Assembly (NCBI RefSeq): GCF_002157735.2
Contig: NZ_AP018689.1
Location: 1,249,619-1,273,618 of the forward strand
DNA length: 24,000 nt
Reading direction: 5' to 3'
From: Vibrio aphrogenes
GTDB taxonomy: Bacteria > Pseudomonadota > Gammaproteobacteria > Enterobacterales > Vibrionaceae
This document shows positions 1 through 7,580 of the stretch, in pieces (within the stretch, counting starts at the first letter, position 1; every line of letters begins with the position of its first letter). The notes below the pieces were generated by a model. The model did no database searches. It had not been told where the DNA came from and saw nothing but the letters and a program-made list of their open reading frames with translations. The position numbers were made by a program, and so were the translations under genes.

Positions 1-2
1 TC

Positions 3-776
3 GATATTACGAAGGCTTATGTTGCGGCACGAGTTATTTTCGATGCTGAGACATTGTTTGAACACATTCGTGCCTTGGATAATGTTGCAACAGCTGAAGT
101 GCAATATGAATTAATGATGTGTGTTCGACGCTTACTTCGTCGTTCTTCACGTTGGTTGCTCAGAAATCGTATGGTTAAGCGCAATATCACCGACATTATT
201 GAGTATTTCCAATCGGATATAAATCATATTAAGCAGCATGTAGATCATTATTTAGTTGAATCTGAAGTAAAAGAGCATAATCAACTTGCACAAGCTTGGA
301 TTAAGCAAGGGGTAGATAAGCCGCTCGCCAATACGATTGCAAGATTAACGAGCTTGTATTCGGCGCTAGATATATCGGCAGTGGCAGCTGAATCTAAGAT
401 GACGATTGAACACACCGCCACTTTATACTTTACGTTAGGGGATAAACTGTCCTTACATTGGTTCTTAAATCAAATTAATAACCAGCCGATTGATAATCAT
501 TGGCAAGCGCTGGCCAGAGCGACATTCCGTGAAGATCTGGATTGGCAGCAACGTCAGCTTACCTTGCAAGTCTTAAATTGTTCATCACAAGAAGCAGACG
601 TTTCTAATGTGGTTTCGATACTTGAGGAATGGATCGCAACCAATCAAGTATCGATTGATCGTTGGGAAAGTATTCTCAATGAGTTTAAAGTCGGAAATGC
701 GCATGAGTTTGCTAAATTCTCTGTTGCATTACGTGAACTGATGTTGCTGAATTTAAATTGTGCAGCAAATCAGTGA
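3..776 (+). CDS. gdhB: NAD-specific glutamate dehydrogenase, large bacterial type, C-terminal ~257 codons; 5' end lies outside the window
   Basis: Frame 3 is open from base 3 (DITKAYVAARVIFDAETLFEHIRALDN...) to TGA at 774-776, so track ORF 54..776 is only the Met-initiated tail. The helical C-terminal region matches my recollection of the large NAD-GDH family. That gene is the usual upstream neighbour of pyrD in Vibrio. The family call is from memory, not a search. Confidence 0.65.
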   Translation, partial: DITKAYVAARVIFDAETLFEHIRALDNVATAEVQYELMMCVRRLLRRSSRWLLRNRMVKRNITDIIEYFQSDINHIKQHVDHYLVESEVKEHNQLAQAWIKQGVDKPLANTIARLTSLYSALDISAVAAESKMTIEHTATLYFTLGDKLSLHWFLNQINNQPIDNHWQALARATFREDLDWQQRQLTLQVLNCSSQEADVSNVVSILEEWIATNQVSIDRWESILNEFKVGNAHEFAKFSVALRELMLLNLNCAANQ

Positions 777-859
777 TATCTTAATATTTTGTTATTATTG
801 AGTTTTATTGGTTGCAAATGATTGCAACTGGTATAACAAGGATAACAAAGGTATACTTC

Positions 860-884
860 GCCCCGGATTTTCTGGGGCTTTTTT
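860..884 (+). terminator. Rho-independent terminator-like hairpin plus T6, downstream of gdh and 20 nt upstream of the pyrD ATG
   Basis: GCCCCGG (860-866) pairs with CTGGGGC (872-878), 7 bp including one G-U, around a 5-nt loop. TTTTTT follows at 879-884. Confidence 0.7.
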
Positions 885-904
885 GTTCTGATTTGGAGGA
901 AGGT

Positions 905-1915
905 ATGCTTTATCGTATAGCCAGAGCTGGCTTGTTTAAATTGAGTGCTGAAACGGCACATGAAATGGCAATTAAAAATTTAAAAAGATTCAATGGCACA
1001 CCTTTAGACTTATTCTTTCGTCAAAATTTACCCATTCGCTCTGTTGAAGTGATGGGGTTAACCTTTAAAAACCCTGTTGGCTTAGCCGCTGGAATGGATA
1101 AAAATGGCGAATGCATTGATGCGTTTGGTGCAATGGGATTTGGCTTTCTAGAAATTGGCACAGTAACACCTCGTCCGCAACCGGGTAATGAGAAGCCGCG
1201 TTGTTTCCGTATTGTTGAAGCGGAAGGGATCATCAACCGCATGGGATTCAACAATGAAGGTGTTGATGAACTGATTGAAAATGTTAAGAAATCAAGCTTT
1301 GATGGCATCCTAGGTATTAATATTGGTAAAAACAAAGATACGCCAATTGAAAAGGGTACTGAAGATTATTTGATCTGTATGGAAAAAGTTTATCCTTATG
1401 CAGGTTACATTGCCGCAAATATATCTTCTCCAAATACCCCAGGGCTGAGAACACTACAATATGGTGAAGCTTTAGATGAGCTATTATCGGCATTAAAAAG
1501 CAAACAAGCCGAATTAACCAAACAATATGATAAGTACGTTCCATTGGCGCTTAAAATTGCTCCGGATCTGACGGATGAAGAATTGAAGCAAATTTGTGAC
1601 TCGTTAAAGCAATATAAGATCGATGCTGTGATTGCGACCAATACTACATTAGATCGTACTTTGGTCGATGGGATGAAGAACTCATCGGAAGCGGGGGGAT
1701 TAAGTGGTCGCCCAGTGCAATCAAGAAGTACCGAAGTGATCCGCCAGCTTTATAAAGAACTAGGCGAAGAAGTGCCAATCATTGGGGTAGGTGGTATTGA
1801 CTCTTATATTGCCGCCAAAGAAAAAATGTTAGCGGGTGCGAAACTGGTACAAGTCTTTTCTGGTTTCATATACAAAGGCCCAAGCTTAGTAAAAGAAATA
1901 GTAAAAAACATTTAG
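905..1915 (+). CDS. pyrD: Dihydroorotate dehydrogenase (quinone), class 2
   Basis: [20 protein letters not shown]... is collinear with E. coli PyrD. Shared motifs include [37 protein letters not shown] and [18 protein letters not shown] lies 6 nt upstream of the ATG at 905. The track start at 812 adds 31 non-homologous codons. Confidence 0.95.
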   Translation: MLYRIARAGLFKLSAETAHEMAIKNLKRFNGTPLDLFFRQNLPIRSVEVMGLTFKNPVGLAAGMDKNGECIDAFGAMGFGFLEIGTVTPRPQPGNEKPRCFRIVEAEGIINRMGFNNEGVDELIENVKKSSFDGILGINIGKNKDTPIEKGTEDYLICMEKVYPYAGYIAANISSPNTPGLRTLQYGEALDELLSALKSKQAELTKQYDKYVPLALKIAPDLTDEELKQICDSLKQYKIDAVIATNTTLDRTLVDGMKNSSEAGGLSGRPVQSRSTEVIRQLYKELGEEVPIIGVGGIDSYIAAKEKMLAGAKLVQVFSGFIYKGPSLVKEIVKNI

Positions 1916-1956
1916 AAATCAAGTATTCATTTTGATGATAAATCGGTTTCAGCATG

Positions 1957-1989
1957 AAAAGAGGAATTAATTTTTCCTCTTTTTTTTTA
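1957..1989 (+). terminator. Rho-independent terminator after pyrD
   Basis: AGAGGAA (1960-1966) pairs with TTCCTCT (1974-1980) around a 7-nt loop. A T9 run follows and an A-run precedes. Confidence 0.8.
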
Positions 1990-2077
1990 TTTGTCCGTTT
2001 GTACAATCAAAGAACATCTTAACGGATAGACGAGAAGTGAAGTGTCTATTTCGCTTTATTTTTGAGAGGCTGGAACA

Positions 2078-2620
2078 ATGCTTAAACCGAGTGATACATG
2101 GAGATGGTATTACAATGAGACCAACAAGTCCCTTATGCTGGAGCTTGGGCGGGACATGGTTTTCAGCGTAAATATTTCTCAAAAACTGCTTATTAACAGT
2201 GCATTTCAAGATAATGAGTTTTCTGTTGATGACGCATCGAGCTACCATAAATTTCGTCAACAAGTTGAGGGCTTACCCTTATCAGAACCAAGAAAAGCCG
2301 AACTGGCCTTAAACAGCGTAGCGGCAAGACGCTTTCATAAGCCTGTACAGCCTAAAAGCTGGTTCTTTTCGTCTCAGGGAGGGGATTTCACTCCTGAAGA
2401 AGGCGAGATTGTCCACCTAAGAAATTGCTACTCAGAAGGGCATTTTATGGTGGTTGAAGTTGGTGAAGCTGCGAGTATTTGTGTCTCTGTTTCTTTGCGA
2501 GATTTCAGTCTTACAGAGACAAAAGTACTTAAATTTGGTGAGCCAATTAAAGTGATGCATGACAGATTCGCTAAAGCAAACCTACACACCAACTTTGAAA
2601 CTTATGCCATGGTTGGATAA
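2078..2620 (+). CDS. zapC: Cell division protein ZapC (FtsZ-ring stabiliser)
   Basis: MLKPSDTWRWYYNETNKSLMLELGRDMVF... parallels E. coli ZapC ([24 protein letters not shown]...). Size is similar (180 aa) and the position after pyrD is the same. Confidence 0.9.
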   Translation: MLKPSDTWRWYYNETNKSLMLELGRDMVFSVNISQKLLINSAFQDNEFSVDDASSYHKFRQQVEGLPLSEPRKAELALNSVAARRFHKPVQPKSWFFSSQGGDFTPEEGEIVHLRNCYSEGHFMVVEVGEAASICVSVSLRDFSLTETKVLKFGEPIKVMHDRFAKANLHTNFETYAMVG

Positions 2621-2674
2621 ATGGTTGGGTAATAAGCCTAATCCATCAATATTTCGTTCCTTGTTGTTCATTCG

Positions 2675-2700
2675 GTCGGCCTCAGTGCCGGCTTTTTTTT
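2675..2700 (+). terminator. Rho-independent terminator after zapC
   Basis: GTCGGC (2675-2680) pairs with GCCGGC (2687-2692), with one G-U, around a 6-nt loop. A T8 run follows at 2693-2700. Confidence 0.75.
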
Positions 2701-3178
2701 GCCTTTTATAAATCGCTTAAGCCTATCATGGTGGGCTAATTCTTCACTTTAATGCCAATTCTTACCTTTTATTGCCATTTATCCTTTCATAAAAAATCAG
2801 ACCTAGAGCAAAAAACAAACATTAATTAATTATATTTTAGCCAAAATTGTGCCTGTTTTTTTCTCATAAGAGGGCATATTTCCCACCTTTAATACACTTT
2901 ATTCCTCCTTTTCCCAGTTTCTGTAATTAATTTACATTGTAAATAGTGTGCTGGTATATACCAATCTGAGGTGAATTTTAAAGTGAATAAGTACTCACTA
3001 TGCGTGTATGGCTTGTTTTTTGGTTATGATTTCCATGCATATTAGGGGTGTGAAAATGTGGATGGATTTAAGCTGTGTTTTTAGCTGAGAAGGTGAATAT
3101 ATGAACGGTTAATCTTATTTGTGGGTTATTTAGTGGGAATGAGGGGGTTGGAGGTCGCATAAGGTACGGCTTTCGTTA

Positions 3179-3184
3179 TATAAT
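3179..3184 (+). promoter_or_regulatory. Candidate -10 hexamer TATAAT upstream of rlmL
   Basis: There is a perfect TATAAT 34 nt upstream of the rlmL ATG. I saw no convincing -35 at 17 bp spacing. Confidence 0.3.
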
Positions 3185-3217
3185 TTGCGTCCATTTACTA
3201 CTGTACTGAAAGCGATA

Positions 3218-5356
3218 ATGAATCAATATTTAGCGATAACTTCTAATGGTCTTGAAAATTTACTTGCCGATGAGCTCACTCAATTAGGAATTACCGATGC
3301 AAAACCGGTACAAGCGGGTGTGCGGTTTACTGCAACAAGTGCTCAACTCTATCGTTGTTGCTTATGGAGCCGACTTGCTTCTCGTTTTGTGCTGATTCTT
3401 TCTGAGTTTTATTGCAACGATGATATGGATTTATATTTATCCGCTTCAGCAGTTAACTGGTCAGCGTATTTCTCGGTTAAAAAGCGATTGATTGTTGATT
3501 TTAATGGGACAAACCGAGAGATTCGTAATAGCCAATATGGGGCGATGAAAGTTAAAGATGCGATTGTCGATAGCTTTACCAAAAAAGATCTCGGTCGTCC
3601 TGATATCAGCAAAGAGCAACCAGATTTACGTATCCATGTTCGTTTACATCGAGATCGTGCCATTTTAGGTATCGATATGGTGGGCCAAGGTTTACATCAA
3701 CGTGGTTATCGTTTGAAAGCGGGTGCTGCACCTTTACGTGAAACTCTAGCGTGTGCGATTGTTAGTCGTAGTGGTTGGGAGTATTCACAACCGTTATTGG
3801 ACCCAATGTGTGGTTCAGGCACTTTATTGATTGAAGCGGCTATGATGGCTGCCAATATGGCTCCGGGCATACAACGTGCGAAGTGGGGATTTGAGTCTTT
3901 ATATGATTTTGATGCTGAAACTTGGGCTGAAATTAAAGCTCAAGCCAGTGTTCAAGGGCGTAAAGGTGTTAAAGCCTTAGGTGAGCATCAATTCTTTGGC
4001 TTTGATAACGACAGTCGTGTGCTGCAAACGGCAAAAGAGAACGCCAAGCGTGCGGGTTTAGAAAATGTGATCCAGTTTAAGCTGGGTGATGCAGCCAAAT
4101 TGCAAAAGCCTGAAGCATTTAATGCTGGTGTGATCATCTGTAACCCTCCTTATGGTGAACGTTTAGGTACCGAACCTGGGCTAATCGCCTTGTACACGGC
4201 TTTCGGTGCGCAATTAAAATCAGAATTTGCGGGCAGTCAGGCATCGATTTTCTCATCCAGTGAAGAGTTATTAAGTTGTTTACGCATGCGTGCGGATAAA
4301 CAATATAAATTGAGCAATGGTGCGTTACCTTGTCACCAAAAGAACTATGCAATTACCGCTCGAGTGAACCCTAATGGTGAAACTCCTCGCCAATCAGAGC
4401 TTGAAGAAGCTCAAATTGCTCCTGATTTTGCCAATCGCCTTAAAAAGAACTTGGCCAAAATAGGTAAATGGGCCAAGCGTGAGCAATTAGATTGTTATCG
4501 TGTCTATGATGCTGACTTACCCAATTACAACGTGGCAATCGATTTATATTTAGACCAAGTGGTTATTCAAGAATACGCGCCACCAAAAACCATTCCTGAA
4601 GAGATCGCAAAACGTCGCTTAACCGATATTATTCGCGCTACCATTCAAGTGCTCAATGTGGATGCGAATAAAGTGATTTTGAAAACCCGTGAAAAACAAA
4701 AGGGTAAGCGTCAATATCAAAAGCTATCTCAAGATTCTGAGTACTTAACGGTGAATGAATACGGCGTTAAATTACTGGTTAATTTACAAGACTATTTAGA
4801 TACCGGTTTGTTCTTGGATCACAAATTAACTCGTCGTCGTTTAGGACAAATGGCGGCAGGTAAAGATTTCCTAAATCTATTTGCTTACACCGGCAGTGCT
4901 ACGGTTCATGCCGCCGCTGGTGGTGCGAAGACTACCACCACGGTAGATATGTCGAATACGTATCTGCAATGGGCGCAACGTAATATGGAACTCAATGGCT
5001 TTGCGGGCGAATCTCATCAGTTTGAACAAGCAGATTGCCTCCAATGGTTACAACATGAAGACCGTACTTTTGATCTGATTTTTATTGATCCACCGACGTT
5101 TTCGAACTCTAAACGTATGGAACAAACGTTCGATATTCAACGTGATCACCTGATGTTAATGGAAAACTTGAAACGATTAATGCGTGAAGATGCGGTGGTC
5201 GTTTTTTCTAATAACAAGCGTTTGTTCAAAATGGATCTCGAAGGGATAGAGAGACTAGGGTTGCAAGTTGAGAATATTTCTTCTCAAACACTGCCATTGG
5301 ATTTTGCGCGTAATAAACATATCCATAACTGTTGGATTGTGACGCATAAAAAGTAG
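3218..5356 (+). CDS. rlmL: Bifunctional 23S rRNA methyltransferase RlmKL (m2G2445 / m7G2069)
   Basis: [24 protein letters not shown]... matches the E. coli RlmL N-terminus ([20 protein letters not shown]...). It has SAM motif [14 protein letters not shown] and NPPYGERLG in the first module, and FAYTGS / [12 protein letters not shown] in the second. The track start (TTG 3185) adds 11 codons. Confidence 0.93.
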   Translation: MNQYLAITSNGLENLLADELTQLGITDAKPVQAGVRFTATSAQLYRCCLWSRLASRFVLILSEFYCNDDMDLYLSASAVNWSAYFSVKKRLIVDFNGTNREIRNSQYGAMKVKDAIVDSFTKKDLGRPDISKEQPDLRIHVRLHRDRAILGIDMVGQGLHQRGYRLKAGAAPLRETLACAIVSRSGWEYSQPLLDPMCGSGTLLIEAAMMAANMAPGIQRAKWGFESLYDFDAETWAEIKAQASVQGRKGVKALGEHQFFGFDNDSRVLQTAKENAKRAGLENVIQFKLGDAAKLQKPEAFNAGVIICNPPYGERLGTEPGLIALYTAFGAQLKSEFAGSQASIFSSSEELLSCLRMRADKQYKLSNGALPCHQKNYAITARVNPNGETPRQSELEEAQIAPDFANRLKKNLAKIGKWAKREQLDCYRVYDADLPNYNVAIDLYLDQVVIQEYAPPKTIPEEIAKRRLTDIIRATIQVLNVDANKVILKTREKQKGKRQYQKLSQDSEYLTVNEYGVKLLVNLQDYLDTGLFLDHKLTRRRLGQMAAGKDFLNLFAYTGSATVHAAAGGAKTTTTVDMSNTYLQWAQRNMELNGFAGESHQFEQADCLQWLQHEDRTFDLIFIDPPTFSNSKRMEQTFDIQRDHLMLMENLKRLMREDAVVVFSNNKRLFKMDLEGIERLGLQVENISSQTLPLDFARNKHIHNCWIVTHKK

Positions 5357-5367
5357 CAAGGATTGTT

Positions 5368-5655
5368 ATGCTAACACTGTATTCAACATCGGGTTGTCAT
5401 TTGTGTGAACAAGCGTATAGCTTAATTTCGCAATTGAATTTAAAAGAGCCGCTTCAAGTGGTGGATATTGCTTTTGATGATGCTTTATTCTCTCGTTACG
5501 GTGTCACTATTCCTGTGTTAGCATATTCTCAACAACAGTTGACTAACGATGGGGTAAAGCCATTTTCAAACCTTGAGAATGAGCTTTTCTGGCCATTTAA
5601 TTTAGACGAATTACAAGTGTGGTTAAAACAGAATGGCATTAATTACTATCCATAA
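5368..5655 (+). CDS. Small glutaredoxin-like thioredoxin-fold protein (DUF836-like), CxxC = CHLC
   Basis: The 95-aa product starts MLTLYSTSGCHLCEQAY, a beta-strand followed by CxxC. It also has the cis-Pro region TIPVL. AAGGA lies 6 nt upstream of the ATG. It sits 11 nt after the rlmL stop. Confidence 0.7.
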   Translation: MLTLYSTSGCHLCEQAYSLISQLNLKEPLQVVDIAFDDALFSRYGVTIPVLAYSQQQLTNDGVKPFSNLENELFWPFNLDELQVWLKQNGINYYP

Positions 5656-7561
5656 CGGCCAGTTAGCTTTTGGCGATCATCCTTTATTAGACAAAGCGGA
5701 TTTTGCTCTACAACAAAATGAACGTGTTTGTTTAGTGGGGCGCAACGGCGCTGGTAAATCAACCATGATGAAAGTCCTTGCTGGCGAAATCATTATGGAT
5801 GACGGTAAAATTCAAATCGAACAAGATGTGGTGGTTTCACGGCTAGAGCAAGATCCACCAAGAAATGCTCAAGGGACCGTTTATGATTACGTCGCTGAAG
5901 GTCTAGCAGAAGTCGGTGAGCTTTTAAAAGCCTACCAACATCAATTGGATATCATGGCAGAAGACCCTTCAGAGAAAAACATCAACCGTTTATCTAAGAT
6001 TCAAGAGCAACTGGATCACAATGATGCTTGGCGTTTAGAAGATAGAATTAAAAACATTCTGACCTCATTATCTTTGGACGAGCATACCTTGTTAACCAGC
6101 TTGTCTGGTGGTTGGCAACGTAAAGCGGCTTTAGCTCGTGCATTAGTGTGTGATCCGGATGTCTTATTACTGGATGAGCCAACCAACCACCTGGATGTGA
6201 CCACAATTGAATGGTTAGAGAACTTTTTAAAAGACTTCCGTGGTTCGATTGTCTTTATTTCCCATGACCGTGCATTCATTCAGTCAATGGCGACACGTAT
6301 TCTCGATCTTGACCGCGGTAAGCTCAGTTCATACCCAGGTAACTACGAGCAATATTTAATTGATAAAGAAGAAGCCTTACGTGTTGAAGAAATGCAGAAC
6401 GCAGAATTTGACAAAAAATTAGCTCAAGAAGAAGTTTGGATTCGTCAAGGCATTAAAGCTCGTCGTACTCGTAATGAAGGGCGAGTTCGAGCATTGAAGA
6501 AATTACGTGAAGAACGCTCTGAACGCCGAGAAGTGCAAGGTAAAGCGAATATTCAAATTGATGAATCAAATCGCTCTGGCAAAATTATTTTTGAGGCTGA
6601 GAACCTGCATTATCAAATTGAAGGCAAGACCATCGTTGATGATTTCAGTTTCAACATTATGCGCGGTGATCGCATTGCATTGATAGGCCCTAATGGATGT
6701 GGTAAGAGTACCTTATTGAAATTATTGCTGGGTAAATTACAGCCCGATTCTGGTCGTTTGCACTGTGGAACGAAGCTTGAAGTAGCTTATTTTGATCAGT
6801 ATCGAGAAGTGCTCGATCCTGAGAAAACAGTGATGGATAACTTAGCTGATGGTAAACAAGAAGTGACCGTTGGTGGGCGAACTCGTCACGCTCTTGGGTA
6901 TTTACAGGATTTCTTATTTGAACCGAAAAGGGCACGTACACCGGTAAAAGCCTTATCGGGTGGTGAAAAGAACCGCTTACTCTTAGCTCGTCTGTTCTTG
7001 AAATCAAACAATTTATTGATTCTGGATGAACCAACCAACGATTTAGATATCGAAACTTTGGAACTTTTGGAAGAAATTCTTGCCAACTATCAAGGCACTT
7101 TACTTTTAGTTAGCCATGACCGCCAATTCGTTGATAATACGGTAACTTCAAGTTGGATTTTTGAAGGGAACGGAAAGATCGAAGAATTTGTCGGTGGCTA
7201 TCATGATGCCCAGGAACAAAGAGCACAAACCTTGCTGGCACGCGGTGTTTCTTCTGTTGAAACGAGCAATAAACCAGCAAAAGAAAGTAAAGTGGTTGAG
7301 GAAACTCCCAAAACTCAACCAAACGCAACTAAACCGAAGAAGTTATCTTATAAACTGCAACGAGAGTTGGATGCGTTACCTCAAGTATTAGAATCACTTG
7401 AGACTGAAATTGAAGATTTACAGACCCAAGTCAATCAACCTGACTTTTTTACTCAGAGCAGTGAGGATACTCAAGCTATTTTGAACCGCTTGAACGCTGC
7501 TGAACAAGAATTAGAGACTGCATTCGAGCGATGGGAAGAGCTTGAGTCAATGCAGGGCTAA
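5633..7561 (+). CDS. uup: ABC-F family ATPase Uup
   Basis: MALITIHNGQLAFGDHPLLD... parallels E. coli Uup. It has two ABC cassettes with Walker A GRNGAGKST and GPNGCGKST, and signatures LSGGWQRK and LSGGEKNR. A charged coiled-coil C-terminal domain is present. The start overlaps the upstream gene by 23 nt. Confidence 0.93.
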   Translation: MALITIHNGQLAFGDHPLLDKADFALQQNERVCLVGRNGAGKSTMMKVLAGEIIMDDGKIQIEQDVVVSRLEQDPPRNAQGTVYDYVAEGLAEVGELLKAYQHQLDIMAEDPSEKNINRLSKIQEQLDHNDAWRLEDRIKNILTSLSLDEHTLLTSLSGGWQRKAALARALVCDPDVLLLDEPTNHLDVTTIEWLENFLKDFRGSIVFISHDRAFIQSMATRILDLDRGKLSSYPGNYEQYLIDKEEALRVEEMQNAEFDKKLAQEEVWIRQGIKARRTRNEGRVRALKKLREERSERREVQGKANIQIDESNRSGKIIFEAENLHYQIEGKTIVDDFSFNIMRGDRIALIGPNGCGKSTLLKLLLGKLQPDSGRLHCGTKLEVAYFDQYREVLDPEKTVMDNLADGKQEVTVGGRTRHALGYLQDFLFEPKRARTPVKALSGGEKNRLLLARLFLKSNNLLILDEPTNDLDIETLELLEEILANYQGTLLLVSHDRQFVDNTVTSSWIFEGNGKIEEFVGGYHDAQEQRAQTLLARGVSSVETSNKPAKESKVVEETPKTQPNATKPKKLSYKLQRELDALPQVLESLETEIEDLQTQVNQPDFFTQSSEDTQAILNRLNAAEQELETAFERWEELESMQG

Positions 7562-7580
7562 CGGATTAGAAGTTTATTTA

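Noticed and set aside
811-828. GTTGCAA-ATGA-TTGCAAC dyad upstream of pyrD as a PurR box
   Set aside because: It resembles GCAAACGTTTGC, but the central CpG step essential for PurR is replaced by TG/AT. A 7-bp-arm dyad at fixed spacing is also expected about once by chance in 24 kb.
812-904. N-terminal extension of pyrD in the ORF track ([31 protein letters not shown])
   Set aside because: The extension spans the terminator hairpin and has no homology to PyrD. The ATG at 905 has a strong GGAGGA SD and aligns with the E. coli PyrD N-terminus.
770-2263. Minus-strand track ORFs 770..961, 1021..1335, 1317..1544, 1405..1641 and 1967..2263
   Set aside because: They are antisense shadows of pyrD, of the intergenic region or of the zapC 5' end. 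Their products are low-complexity or Cys/Phe-rich with no SD. They overlap confidently assigned genes.
2960-3165. Purine-rich stretch upstream of rlmL as a CsrB/CsrC-type CsrA-sponge sRNA
   Set aside because: I count only about four GGA motifs, far fewer than in Csr sponge RNAs. No terminator hairpin closes the region before rlmL.
3185-3217. TTG-initiated 11-codon extension of rlmL
   Set aside because: The E. coli RlmL N-terminus aligns with [16 protein letters not shown] starting at ATG 3218. The extension overlaps the candidate -10 box.
7542-7580. 13-codon extension of the repeat protein overlapping the uup end
   Set aside because: The signal peptide begins at the ATG at 7581 (MPNTIFKLSMIATALVAAHSANA). 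The upstream residues are not signal-like and overlap uup.
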